64,000 nt of DNA from a bacterium (GTDB lineage: Bacteria; Zhuqueibacterota; Zhuqueibacteria; Residuimicrobiales; Krinioviventaceae), in the NCBI GenBank assembly GCA_963675755.2, contig CAXXMD010000003.1, forward strand, positions 736,001 through 800,000. The letters run 5' to 3'. Position 1 is the first letter of the stretch. Each line of letters opens with the position of its first letter. The notes below the pieces were generated by a model, which did no database searches, was not told where the DNA came from, and was given only the letters and a program-made list of their open reading frames with translations. Below, in pieces: positions 28,516 through 38,421 of the stretch. The position numbers were made by a program, and so were the translations under genes.

Positions 28516-28550
28516 AAAAAAAAGGGCACCCGTCGGGGAAACGGGTGCCC
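28516..28550 (-). terminator. Intrinsic terminator of ppdK
   Basis: Perfect 10-bp stem GGGCACCCGT/ACGGGTGCCC followed by U8 on the minus strand. Confidence 0.9.
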
Positions 28551-28572
28551 ATGTATGTATTTGGTACAGGAA

Positions 28573-31293
28573 CTATCCTTCAATAGCAGCCTGTGCTGCA
28601 GCTACGCGTGCGATAGGTACGCGGAACGGAGAACAGGATACGTAATTCATACCAACTTTACAGCAGAATTTAACAGAACTGGGTTCACCACCGTGCTCAC
28701 CACAGATACCAACTTTGAGGTTTGGACGAGCGCTACGGCCTTTTTGAGTACCCATTTCAACCAATTGACCAACACCAGTCTGATCCAGAACCTGGAAAGG
28801 ATCAACTTTGAGGATGCCTTTTTCAAGGTAAACCGGCAGGAATTTGCCAGCATCGTCACGAGAGTAACCAAAAGTCATCTGGGTCAAGTCATTGGTACCA
28901 AATGAGAAAAATTCAGCAGCTTCAGCAACCTGGTCTGCAGTCAAAGCAGCGCGTGGAATTTCAATCATGGTTCCTACCATGTATTCACATTTTGCGCCTT
29001 TTTCTTCAAATACTTTATCTGCAGTTGCACGGATGATGGTTTCCTGCAGTTTGAATTCTTCAATTGTACCAATCAATGGAACCATAATTTCTGGTTTTGC
29101 ATCAATACCTTTAGCTTTACAATTCAAAGCAGCTTCAATAATAGCGCGTGCCTGCATTTCGGTAATTTCCGGATAGGTGTTACCCAAACGACAACCACGG
29201 TGACCCAACATTGGGTTGAATTCTGCCAGATCTTCAACTGTAGCTTTTACTTCTTCTACAGTGATGCCCATTTCGTCGGCCATTTCTTTCTGGTTTTCAT
29301 CTTCGTGTGGAACAAATTCATGCAAAGGTGGATCCAAGAGACGGATAGTTACTGGCAATCCGTTCATAGCTTCAAAGATACCTTCAAAGTCACCACGCTG
29401 CATGGGCAACAATTTAACCAAAGCAGCACGACGACCAGCTTCGTCTTTGCTCAGAATCATTTCACGAACAGCTTTGATACGTTCGCCTTCAAAAAACATG
29501 TGCTCGGTACGACAAAGGCCAATACCCTGTGCGCCGAAATCACGTGCAACTTTAGCATCGTGCGGAGTATCTGCATTGGTACGAACCAATACCTTGGTGT
29601 GTTTTTCACAAAGATCCATCAATGCTCCAAAGTTACCTGACAATTCAGGATCTTTGGTAGAAATTTTGTCTTCGTAAACTTCACCGGTAGAACCATTCAA
29701 AGAGATCCAGTCACCTTCTTTGAGTTCTACGCCATCAATAACCATGGTACGTTTTTTATAATCAATTTTACAAGAACCGGCACCAGAAACACAGCATTTA
29801 CCCATACCGCGAGCAACAACTGCTGCGTGAGAGGTCATACCACCGCGAGCGGTGAGAATACCGTTTGCAGCATCCATACCAGCTAAATCTTCAGGAGAAG
29901 TTTCAATACGTACAAGAATTACTTCTTCTTTTCTGGCTCTCCATTCTACAGCTTCATCAGCAAAAAATACAATACGACCGGTTGCAGCACCCGGAGATGC
30001 AGGCAGACCTTTGGCAAGTACTTTGGCAGATTTGATAGCATCGCCATCAAATACAGGGTGTAACAGTTCGTCCAGTTTTTCAGCTTCAACGCGATTGATT
30101 GCGGTTTTTTCATCAATCATGCCCTGTTCCAACATTTCAATTGCAATACGGACCATTGCAGCACCGGTACGTTTACCGTTACGGGTTTGCAGCAGCCACA
30201 AGCGACCATCCTGAATGGTGAACTCGAGGTCCTGCATATCTTTAAAATAATTTTCAAGTTTGGTTTCAGTTTCAGCCAATTCTTTGTATACAACCGGCAT
30301 AGCTTCTTCAAGAGAAGGGAATTTTGCTTTACGGTCTTCTTCAGAAACACCTGCCAATTCAGCCCAGCGTTTTGAACCTTCTTTTGTGATCTGCTGTGGT
30401 GTACGAACACCGGCAACCACATCTTCACCCTGTGCGTTGATCAGGTATTCACCGTTAAAAATATCTTCACCAGTACCTGCATCACGAGTAAATGCAACAC
30501 CAGTTGCTGAATTTTCACCCATGTTACCAAAAACCATAGCCTGAACGTTTACTGCTGTTCCCCATTCTTCAGGGATCTTGTTCAAACGACGGTAAACAAT
30601 AGCGCGTTCATTCATCCAGCTGTCAAATACAGCCATAACTGCGCCCCAGAGTTGTTCCCAGGGATCTGCCGGAAAATCTTTGCCGGTAACGCGTTTAACT
30701 GCAGCTTTAAAATCCTGAACCAGTTTTTTCAAATCTGCTGTATCTAAATCGGTATCGTTTTCAACACCTTTGGTTTCTTTGGCTTTTTCAATAATTTCTT
30801 CAAAAGGATCAATATCTTCTTTGCTCTCAGGTTTCATTCCCATAACAACATCGCCATACATCTGAACAAAACGACGATAAGAGTCCCATGCAAAACGTTC
30901 GTTACCAGATTTTTCAGTCAAACCTGCAACAGCGTCATCATTCATACCCAGATTCAATACAGTATCCATCATACCAGGCATAGAAACGCGTGCACCTGAA
31001 CGAACTGAAACCAGTAATGGATTTTCTTTGTCACCAAATTTCGCATCCATCATTTCTTCAATAGAAGCAATTCCTGCTTCAACTTCTTTTTTCAATAATT
31101 CAATACTGGCTTCGCGACCTTTTTGATTATAAAATATACATGCTTCGGTAGAAATGGTAAAACCTGCAGGAACAGGAACACCAATCAGGTTCATTTCTGC
31201 CAGGTTGGCTCCTTTACCACCTAACAGGTTTTTCATATCGGAGCGGCCTTCAGCTTTTCCGCCGCCGAATTGATAAACATACTTGTCAGACAT
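28573..31293 (-). CDS. ppdK: Pyruvate, phosphate dikinase
   Basis: LLGGKGANLAEM, LLVSVRSGARVSMPGMMDT, phospho-His motif GGMTSHAAVVARG, GLCRTEHMFF, FSFGTNDLTQ, ICGEHGG. Confidence 0.99.
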   Translation of the reverse strand: MSDKYVYQFGGGKAEGRSDMKNLLGGKGANLAEMNLIGVPVPAGFTISTEACIFYNQKGREASIELLKKEVEAGIASIEEMMDAKFGDKENPLLVSVRSGARVSMPGMMDTVLNLGMNDDAVAGLTEKSGNERFAWDSYRRFVQMYGDVVMGMKPESKEDIDPFEEIIEKAKETKGVENDTDLDTADLKKLVQDFKAAVKRVTGKDFPADPWEQLWGAVMAVFDSWMNERAIVYRRLNKIPEEWGTAVNVQAMVFGNMGENSATGVAFTRDAGTGEDIFNGEYLINAQGEDVVAGVRTPQQITKEGSKRWAELAGVSEEDRKAKFPSLEEAMPVVYKELAETETKLENYFKDMQDLEFTIQDGRLWLLQTRNGKRTGAAMVRIAIEMLEQGMIDEKTAINRVEAEKLDELLHPVFDGDAIKSAKVLAKGLPASPGAATGRIVFFADEAVEWRARKEEVILVRIETSPEDLAGMDAANGILTARGGMTSHAAVVARGMGKCCVSGAGSCKIDYKKRTMVIDGVELKEGDWISLNGSTGEVYEDKISTKDPELSGNFGALMDLCEKHTKVLVRTNADTPHDAKVARDFGAQGIGLCRTEHMFFEGERIKAVREMILSKDEAGRRAALVKLLPMQRGDFEGIFEAMNGLPVTIRLLDPPLHEFVPHEDENQKEMADEMGITVEEVKATVEDLAEFNPMLGHRGCRLGNTYPEITEMQARAIIEAALNCKAKGIDAKPEIMVPLIGTIEEFKLQETIIRATADKVFEEKGAKCEYMVGTMIEIPRAALTADQVAEAAEFFSFGTNDLTQMTFGYSRDDAGKFLPVYLEKGILKVDPFQVLDQTGVGQLVEMGTQKGRSARPNLKVGICGEHGGEPSSVKFCCKVGMNYVSCSPFRVPIARVAAAQAAIEG

Positions 31294-31407
31294 ACTATCT
31301 CCTTTGGTTATTTAATTGACCGATACTTCCGGTCAGTATATTATAACAGTAAATGTTATGAATTAAACAGTAAGTAATTTAAACAATTAATTTAATAATT
31401 ACAACAA

Positions 31408-33126
31408 TCAATTTTTTGACGCCAAATTCACATCCAGTATCTTTTTATATTCTTCAGGTGCATTTAAAATTTCAACTGCTTTTAACAATACCTTGTCGCG
31501 TTCAAAACCTGCTTTATATGCAGCATCATTACCAAATTTTTTACCGGCAAGTTCCCGCTTTATCAAAAACTTGATATCGCCAAGAGATTTTTCTCTTTCA
31601 GCAATTTTGACCTGCTCAAACTCTTTACGAATTGCATCAAAATGGGCTTTCATTTGATCATAATAGCCTTCTTCTCTGGCAATTTCTTCCAGATCTTCAA
31701 GTTCAGACAATCCATCAGGTTCATAATCAAATTCTTTTTCTTCAGTAAATTTATAGAAATCGGATACCATCTCATCTGTTACCGTAAAATCTTCCGTCAG
31801 ATTCTGATGATCTATCGCGTAATTTAGGCTATAATTAAAAAACATGGAATTACGTCGCAACTCTGCAACATATTTTGTGGTATGATCATTCACCAGTTCT
31901 ATTTCTGGTCTAATACCACCGCCACCATACACACTGCGTCCGTTACGTGTGTAAAACTGTTCAGGGATCTCTTCTTTAACTTCTTTTGTTTCATCTTCGT
32001 CTTCAGTGTCCAACAAAACGGAACCACGTTTACGATTAAACACCTGCGGACGTTGAATCAAACGGCCGCTTGGCATAAAATATTGAGCAGTGGTAATTTT
32101 TAATTTTGATTCGCCCTTGTTATCCAGATTTACAACCGTCTGCACCAGCCCCTTACCAAAGGTCTCAGCACCTACTATAACGCCGCGGTCCAGGTCTTGT
32201 ACAGCTCCGGCAACAATTTCTGAAGCAGAAGCGCTGAATTCATCTACCAACAATACTAATGGAAGATCACCCAAAACCGGTTCATGACGTGTACGAAAAT
32301 CCTGACGTTGTTCTTCGTTACGGCCTTGTGTATAAACAACCAGCTCGCCCTTGGGGACAAAACTTTCAAGCACGGATACAGCAACATCCAACAAACCACC
32401 AGGATTACCGCGTAAATCAAAAATCAATGACTCCATACCCTGATCACGCAGTTGCTCAATTGCCTGTTTCACTTGCTTACCCGCACCACGATTAAAACGT
32501 GTCAGACGGACCAATCCTACTCCCGGCTCAACAAATCCGGCAAATTCTATTTCAGAAACAACAATCTCGTCACGGATCAATGTCAGCTCAATTGGCTGTT
32601 CAACACCTACACGTCTGATCGTGATTCGAACTTCACTGCCTTTTTGGGTACCACGCAAACGGGCCGCGGTTTTGGAAAGATTGTCACCTTTGGTTTCTAC
32701 ACCATCAATTTCAATGACCTGATCTCCTTCACGGATATCGGCACGTGCAGCAGGACTATTGGGAAAGGGCTGTTCTGCAACAGTTGGCCATCCATTCCGA
32801 TTGGATATCCGCATACCCACACCATAATATTTTCCGCGGGTCATAATTTCCAGTTCATCTTTGCCTTCATCTTCAAGATAAACGGTATAAGGATCCAACT
32901 CATCCAGCATTCCCTGAATGCCCGCTTCAATGAATTTTTCCGGATCTACTTCCTGTACATAATTATTCAATACTTCTTTATAAATCTGACCAAATATATC
33001 CGTTGAGCGAAGCACAGAGTAGTACATGTCTTTATTGCTGTCACTATACAACTGGGTAAAAACACCTACAGTCAGCAACAAAACAGTAATCAATGTCAAT
33101 ACTAAAAGTCTTTTTCTTGTTCCCAT
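31408..33126 (-). CDS. ctpA: Carboxyl-terminal processing protease, peptidase S41A with PDZ domain
   Basis: LDPYT, DLRGNPGGLL, SASASEIVAG (Ser), TFGKGLVQ (Lys), GGGIRPE. Confidence 0.93.
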   Translation of the reverse strand: MGTRKRLLVLTLITVLLLTVGVFTQLYSDSNKDMYYSVLRSTDIFGQIYKEVLNNYVQEVDPEKFIEAGIQGMLDELDPYTVYLEDEGKDELEIMTRGKYYGVGMRISNRNGWPTVAEQPFPNSPAARADIREGDQVIEIDGVETKGDNLSKTAARLRGTQKGSEVRITIRRVGVEQPIELTLIRDEIVVSEIEFAGFVEPGVGLVRLTRFNRGAGKQVKQAIEQLRDQGMESLIFDLRGNPGGLLDVAVSVLESFVPKGELVVYTQGRNEEQRQDFRTRHEPVLGDLPLVLLVDEFSASASEIVAGAVQDLDRGVIVGAETFGKGLVQTVVNLDNKGESKLKITTAQYFMPSGRLIQRPQVFNRKRGSVLLDTEDEDETKEVKEEIPEQFYTRNGRSVYGGGGIRPEIELVNDHTTKYVAELRRNSMFFNYSLNYAIDHQNLTEDFTVTDEMVSDFYKFTEEKEFDYEPDGLSELEDLEEIAREEGYYDQMKAHFDAIRKEFEQVKIAEREKSLGDIKFLIKRELAGKKFGNDAAYKAGFERDKVLLKAVEILNAPEEYKKILDVNLASKN

Positions 33127-33154
33127 ATTTACATACCTCAGCTTGTTACCAATA

Positions 33155-33787
33155 TTACATTATACGCATAAACTCTTTAAAAATATCCCTGGCAATATTT
33201 CCTACTGAATCATCTCCGTTAATAACCCGGAACCGACCTGCTTCCTGTTCTGCTATAGCCAGATAGCCTTTACGCACACGTTCCTGAAACGCATCACCCT
33301 GCGCTTCCAGACGGTCCGCTTTTTCGTTCACTCGTAAACGTCTTTCAAGAGCCGATTTTACATCAATATCAATCAAAAATGTCAAATCCGGAACCAAACC
33401 CACTGAACCGATACTGTTGGCCCGGTTGACCATTTCCAAATCCAGCTCTCTGCCAAAGCCCTGATACGCACTGGTAGAATCATAAAACCTGTCACAAACC
33501 ACAATTTCACCTTTTTTCAAGGCAGGAATTATAGATTCTTCAACCATCTGCGCACGTGCTGCTTCATATAATAACAATTCCGTCCACTTTGTCATTTCAT
33601 TATGATCATTATCCAAAAGTATGCCCCGTATCTTTTCAGATATACGGGTTGCGCCTGGATCCCGAAGTGCGGTGCACGGAATATTCTGCAATTTCAAATT
33701 TTCTAAAAGTTGCTTTGCCTGTACCGATTTACCAGAATAATCGATACCTTCAAAAGTGATAAACTTGCCTTTATAATCAAATTTCAT
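33155..33787 (-). CDS. tmk: Thymidylate kinase
   Basis: FITFEGIDYSGKS P-loop, ELLLYEAARAQ, CDRFYDSTSAYQG, PDLTFLID. Confidence 0.97.
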   Translation of the reverse strand: MKFDYKGKFITFEGIDYSGKSVQAKQLLENLKLQNIPCTALRDPGATRISEKIRGILLDNDHNEMTKWTELLLYEAARAQMVEESIIPALKKGEIVVCDRFYDSTSAYQGFGRELDLEMVNRANSIGSVGLVPDLTFLIDIDVKSALERRLRVNEKADRLEAQGDAFQERVRKGYLAIAEQEAGRFRVINGDDSVGNIARDIFKEFMRIM

Positions 33788-35124
33788 CAAGATGCCTTGA
33801 CCCTCCAGCTACCCCGATGAAAACGTATATAACTCATACAAAACCGAATTGTTTCATCTGTAAATTGGACACCCCAAAGACCGTAAATACTCCAACCTAA
33901 ACCAAATGCAACCCAGTAATTGATACCAATTTCAAAAACGATTACAAATATTAATGTGGTCCACATTAACCACTGCAGCTCACCAATCCCCCGCATATTT
34001 CCTGCCAAAACATTATTCATTGCTTTGGGAAGTTGAGCCAGCGCAAAAACAATCATCGCTTTTTGTCCCAATGCAACAGTAGCCGGATCAGTAGTAAAGA
34101 TATGTATCATGTGCTTTGAAAAGATTACCATAACAATACCGATAAAAACAACAAAAATTGCCATCACCCAATGTGCAGTTTTTGCCATTTTTTCAGCAAG
34201 TGCATTATCAGATGCACCCAAATTTTTACCCATCATGCTCATGGCAGCAAGAGAAAAACCCATATAAACCATGGAAAGAATGGATTGGATACGCATAAAA
34301 ATAGCGTGTGTAGTTAAAACGGTAACATAGATACTACCGGCGTAACTGGTAACAACAAGCTGACCCAAAGCCCAGGTCATTTGTTCAATAGTTGTAGGCA
34401 GCCCCACCTTGAAGAGCTGCTTAAAACTCTCCCAGTTGGGCGTTGTCATTTCCCTAAATGATAAAAACAGCTGACACTTGCGCGTTCGTAATAAAATAAA
34501 AGTGGCAATAAAGCCCAGGCTGTGCGAAATTCCTACAGCCAGTGCAGCACCCTGTACCTCAAGTCGCGGAAAGCCAAACAATCCAAATATAAGAATAGGA
34601 GACAATACAAGATTAAAACCATTCACACTCAGATTGACCATCATAGAATAATGGGTGTCGCCTACAGCACGAATAATTCCAATCGCTACAAATTGAGTTA
34701 CAAAAAGAGGGGCAAAATAAGATACTGTACGTAAATATGTAATACCCGCCTCTTGAGCTGAAAACGTTCCTGTCTCTTTAATAAATTTAAATATATGTAT
34801 AGCACCAAAGTACCATATCAATGCAAAAGCAAAGGCCATGATGACACCCATCATCATGGCCTGGCCAAAAATATGGTTTGCCTGATAATAATCTTTGGCG
34901 CCAAGATGACGATTAATGATCAAACTGGCGCCAACAACAAAGGTTAACATGACCGCAAAAAACACCAAAATAACCTGAATAGCCATACTGTGTCCTGCAA
35001 GCGCTGCAGCACTCAGTTTTCCAATAAAGATAGCTTCAATGGTCCACATAAGGGTTTGCGATGCAAGATCAATTACAGCAGGCAACGATGTCTTTAACAG
35101 GGTTTTAATAGGTGAAGTTTTCAA
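33787..35124 (-). CDS. MATE family (MOP superfamily) transporter
   Basis: About 12 TM segments; IIRAVGDTHYSM, PILIFGLFGFPRLEVQGAALA, GKNLGA; TGATG overlap with tmk. Confidence 0.92.
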   Translation of the reverse strand: MKTSPIKTLLKTSLPAVIDLASQTLMWTIEAIFIGKLSAAALAGHSMAIQVILVFFAVMLTFVVGASLIINRHLGAKDYYQANHIFGQAMMMGVIMAFAFALIWYFGAIHIFKFIKETGTFSAQEAGITYLRTVSYFAPLFVTQFVAIGIIRAVGDTHYSMMVNLSVNGFNLVLSPILIFGLFGFPRLEVQGAALAVGISHSLGFIATFILLRTRKCQLFLSFREMTTPNWESFKQLFKVGLPTTIEQMTWALGQLVVTSYAGSIYVTVLTTHAIFMRIQSILSMVYMGFSLAAMSMMGKNLGASDNALAEKMAKTAHWVMAIFVVFIGIVMVIFSKHMIHIFTTDPATVALGQKAMIVFALAQLPKAMNNVLAGNMRGIGELQWLMWTTLIFVIVFEIGINYWVAFGLGWSIYGLWGVQFTDETIRFCMSYIRFHRGSWRVKAS

Positions 35125-35176
35125 GAGTATCCTATCAACTTTTTATTCAGAGTCACATTAACAAACTTTAGAATTA

Positions 35177-36493
35177 TCAGTCGTAATAATCGAGTCCCAA
35201 ATGAGTAATCAAATCTTCACCTTTCATATGACGAAGGGTGTTCTTTAATTTCATCAATTGAATGAATGTATCATGTTCGGGATACAGATCTTTAGCAACC
35301 ATTGGGCTCTTGCAATAGAATGATAACCATTCCTGAATGCCGTACATACCAGCGCGACTTGCAAGGTCCATAAACAGTGCAAGGTCAAGTACAACCGGTG
35401 CAGCAAGAATACTGTCACGGCACAAGAAATTGATCTTGATCTGCATGGGGTATCCTAACCAGCCAACCAGATCCACATTGTCCCAACCTTCTTTATTATC
35501 ACCAATAGGAGGATAATAGTTGATACGGACTTTGTGATACAGATCTTTGTACAGATCAGGGTATTTTTCAGGTTGGAAGATATAATCCAATGCTGAGCTT
35601 TTGGTGATTTCTTTTGAACGGAAAGAAAGAGGTTCATCCAAAACTTCACCATCACGGTTACCCAAAATATTGGTAGAGAACCAGCCTTTTACACCCAACA
35701 TACGGGCTTTGATTCCAGGGGCAAGGATGGTTTTCATAAAAGTTTGACCGGTTTTAAAGTCTTTACCAGCTATTGGCACTTTATTCTGTTTTGCCAAAGC
35801 ATCCAATGCAGGAATATCATGAGACATGTGCGGTGCACCATTAAAATAGGGAACGCCCATTTTAATAGCAGCATATGCATAAATCATACTGGATGAAATT
35901 GCATCATGATTTTCTTTTAAACCTTTTTCAAAACTTTCAATGGTTTCCCAAATGGGATCGTATTCCAAATATGTTTCTGTACTACCGGTCCAAACGATAA
36001 CCAAACGGTCAAGGTTATTATCTTTGATGAAATTTTTCATATCATCCATCAATTGTTCAGCCAATTCCATTTTGTTGGCACCGGTTTTTTTATTTGGTCC
36101 ATCAAGACGTTTAACATACTTGGGATCAAATACAGCTTTCATGGGTTTGATTGCTTCCAATTCCGGTCTAACCTTTTCCAGGTCTTCTTTTGACAAAACA
36201 TTGGCATTTACCGCAGATTCATAAGCATTATCCGGGAAAATGTCCCATCCGCCAAACACAATGTCATTCAGATCTGTAAGAGGTACAAAATCTTTGATCA
36301 TTGGTGTATTGTCATCGGTACGTTTACCAATACGAATGGTTCCTATTTGTGTCAAAGAACCAATAGGTTTTGCCAGGCCTTTACGGACCAATTCCGTACC
36401 TGCGATCACTGTTGTTCCAACAGCGCCCAAACCGGGAAGCAGGATGCCTAATTTTCCTTGGGGAGCTTTAATATCTACACCCTTTTCTATCAC
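35177..36493 (-). CDS. ino1: Myo-inositol-1-phosphate (inositol-3-phosphate) synthase
   Basis: GLGAVGTT, FGGWDI, NGAP, GKDFKTGQT, STNILGNRDG, GDNKEGWD, CRDSILAAPVVLDL, FYCKSP. Confidence 0.96.
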   Translation of the reverse strand: MIEKGVDIKAPQGKLGILLPGLGAVGTTVIAGTELVRKGLAKPIGSLTQIGTIRIGKRTDDNTPMIKDFVPLTDLNDIVFGGWDIFPDNAYESAVNANVLSKEDLEKVRPELEAIKPMKAVFDPKYVKRLDGPNKKTGANKMELAEQLMDDMKNFIKDNNLDRLVIVWTGSTETYLEYDPIWETIESFEKGLKENHDAISSSMIYAYAAIKMGVPYFNGAPHMSHDIPALDALAKQNKVPIAGKDFKTGQTFMKTILAPGIKARMLGVKGWFSTNILGNRDGEVLDEPLSFRSKEITKSSALDYIFQPEKYPDLYKDLYHKVRINYYPPIGDNKEGWDNVDLVGWLGYPMQIKINFLCRDSILAAPVVLDLALFMDLASRAGMYGIQEWLSFYCKSPMVAKDLYPEHDTFIQLMKLKNTLRHMKGEDLITHLGLDYYD

Positions 36494-36542
36494 TGTAAAC
36501 TCCTTTCTACTGTGTTACAGCATACCTTTTAGTGATGTAACC

Positions 36543-36905
36543 TTAGTGGTTAATAAGTTTTTTTATACTATTATTTTCATCCACAAGAACAACATTTGGG
36601 CTGTAATTTTCAAGCTCAGAGTCGTCCATTAGTGCGTATGAAATAATAATTACCAGATCATCTTTTTGGACCCATCGCGCAAGTGCACCGTTTATACAAA
36701 TTTCACCGCTGCCACGCTTACCTTTAATGATATACGTCTCGGCCCTGGATCCATTATTAATATTTAATACTTGAACCTTTTCGTATTCCAACATGTCTGC
36801 CGCTTCCAGCAGAACCGGATCAATTGTAATACTGCCTTCATAGTTGAGATCGGCATCTGTCACCCTTGCCCGATGAATTTTCGCTTTGCACATTATTCTC
36901 TGCAT
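36543..36905 (-). CDS. panD: Aspartate 1-decarboxylase
   Basis: [18 protein letters not shown] (Gly-Ser autocleavage site), [15 protein letters not shown]. Confidence 0.97.
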   Translation of the reverse strand: MQRIMCKAKIHRARVTDADLNYEGSITIDPVLLEAADMLEYEKVQVLNINNGSRAETYIIKGKRGSGEICINGALARWVQKDDLVIIISYALMDDSELENYSPNVVLVDENNSIKKLINH

Positions 36906-36931
36906 CAAATCACCAATTTAAAAAGCTTGAA

Positions 36932-37594
36932 TCAGGCAAATTCATCGTGTTCAACATCTGCCGCCGGGGTTTTCCATTTGGGAGAGTTTTCAATATACCA
37001 GATATGGTATACCCTTTGTATGGCGGTTATATTGGCAAAAACAGCAATTATGACCATGGCAAAAATCAGGGTAACTTCTGAAATCAGACCACCTAAACCC
37101 ACAAGAATAATCCGCTCGGGGCGTTGCAGCAAACCAACTTTGCAGTCAAAGCCCAAACCCTCGGCTCTTGCCCGTACATAACTGACCATAAGAGAACCAA
37201 ATATAGCAACAAAAACAGTCAAAGCAACCAGTAATCCCATCTGATTGCCATCTACAAAACTGTGTATAAAATAAACACCAATACCAAGAAAAATTAAAAA
37301 CTCGGCATAACGATCCAATGTTGAATCGAACAATGCGCCAAATTTTGTTACCCGATTGCTAGTACGTGCAATTTGTCCATCAAAAACATCAAACAATCCA
37401 CCCAACAACATGATCAATGCACCGGTTTTAAAATATCCTTTACTAAAGTAAATACCTGAAATACCACAAAAAACCAAAGAAAGAGCAGTATAAACATTAG
37501 GGCTGATATTAAACTTGACCAGCAGGTCAATCAATGGCTGCAAGATACTTCTTGATCTTTCCTTTACATTGTCAGAGATCATCTCAAACTTCAT
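36932..37594 (-). CDS. CDP-alcohol phosphatidyltransferase, probable phosphatidylinositol-phosphate synthase
   Basis: SPNVYT, DVFDGQIAR...FGALFDSTLDRYAE, SYVRARAEGLG, GLLQRPER. Start moved to ATG 37594, overlapping the rsmI stop. Confidence 0.9.
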   Translation of the reverse strand: MKFEMISDNVKERSRSILQPLIDLLVKFNISPNVYTALSLVFCGISGIYFSKGYFKTGALIMLLGGLFDVFDGQIARTSNRVTKFGALFDSTLDRYAEFLIFLGIGVYFIHSFVDGNQMGLLVALTVFVAIFGSLMVSYVRARAEGLGFDCKVGLLQRPERIILVGLGGLISEVTLIFAMVIIAVFANITAIQRVYHIWYIENSPKWKTPAADVEHDEFA

Positions 37595-38327
37595 ATTTTG
37601 TCCCTTTATATTTTGCATTACGCCGATGTTCCCGAGTAAACCCTTCAACCAGAATAACAAATTCTCCTTTCAGGGTTAACTGGTCCATTTGCTGCAAAAG
37701 ATCAGACAAGCTGCCGCGAATCAATTCTTCAAACTTTTTAGTCAATTCCCTCGCTATGACGGCTTTACGATCTCCCAGGGCTTCGTAAAGGTCGGCAATG
37801 GTCCGCTTGATTCTATTTGGCGATTCGTATATGCATATTGTTCGGGGTTCGGTGCTAAGCTCCATTAATCGCGTTTGCCTGCCTTTCTTCACAGGAAGAA
37901 AGCCTTCAAAAACGAATCTGTCTGTTGGTAATCCAGAAATCACCAATGATGAAACCAGAGCAGTTGCTCCGGGAACAGACTCTATGTGAATATCCCGCTT
38001 TATTGCTTCTCTCACCAGATAAAAAGCCGGATCGGAAATACCTGGTGTTCCGGCATCGCTGATTACAGCTACTGTTTCATCGGCAGTTAATCTTTCGATT
38101 AAAACAGGCGTAACTTTTTCTTTATTAAAATCATGGTAACGTGTCAGGGGAGTTTGAATATTATAATGATTTAACAGTACGGAGCTTTGTCTCGTATCTT
38201 CCGCAGCTATCACATCCACATATTTCAAAGTATCAAGTGCGCGCAGAGTTATGTCGCGCAAATTTCCAATAGGCGTACTGACTAGATATAATGTACCGGG
38301 TGTTATACCCGCTTCCGAAGTGTCCGT
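37584..38327 (-). CDS. rsmI: 16S rRNA C1402 2'-O-methyltransferase, apparent non-canonical ACG start
   Basis: GTLYLVSTPIGNLRDITLRA, AAEDTR, ISDAGTPGISDP, FEGFLP, YESPNR, ARELTKKFEE, KGEFV. The conserved N-terminus lies upstream of the first canonical start (TTG 38261). Confidence 0.92.
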   Translation of the reverse strand, partial: TDTSEAGITPGTLYLVSTPIGNLRDITLRALDTLKYVDVIAAEDTRQSSVLLNHYNIQTPLTRYHDFNKEKVTPVLIERLTADETVAVISDAGTPGISDPAFYLVREAIKRDIHIESVPGATALVSSLVISGLPTDRFVFEGFLPVKKGRQTRLMELSTEPRTICIYESPNRIKRTIADLYEALGDRKAVIARELTKKFEELIRGSLSDLLQQMDQLTLKGEFVILVEGFTREHRRNAKYKGTKYEV

Positions 38328-38378
38328 AAATTAACTCCTCTAACAAAAACCAGATAACTCTTGTATTTTCAAACCATC

Positions 38379-38407
38379 ATTTTACAAAAAATTGTTCAAA
38401 AAGTCAA
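38379..38407 (-). promoter_or_regulatory. Putative sigma70 promoter of the rsmI-led operon
   Basis: TTGACT-17 nt-TAAAAT on the minus strand. Confidence 0.7.
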
Positions 38408-38421
38408 CAAAAAGCATACAT

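Noticed and set aside
28438-30544. Long antisense ORFs over ppdK (and similar shadows over other large genes)
   Set aside because: Expected from codon bias of the sense gene; no motifs or SD sites.
37595-37660. Longer start for the CDP-alcohol transferase (77-nt overlap with rsmI)
   Set aside because: ATG 37594 has an upstream AAGGGA SD and gives a normal short overlap.
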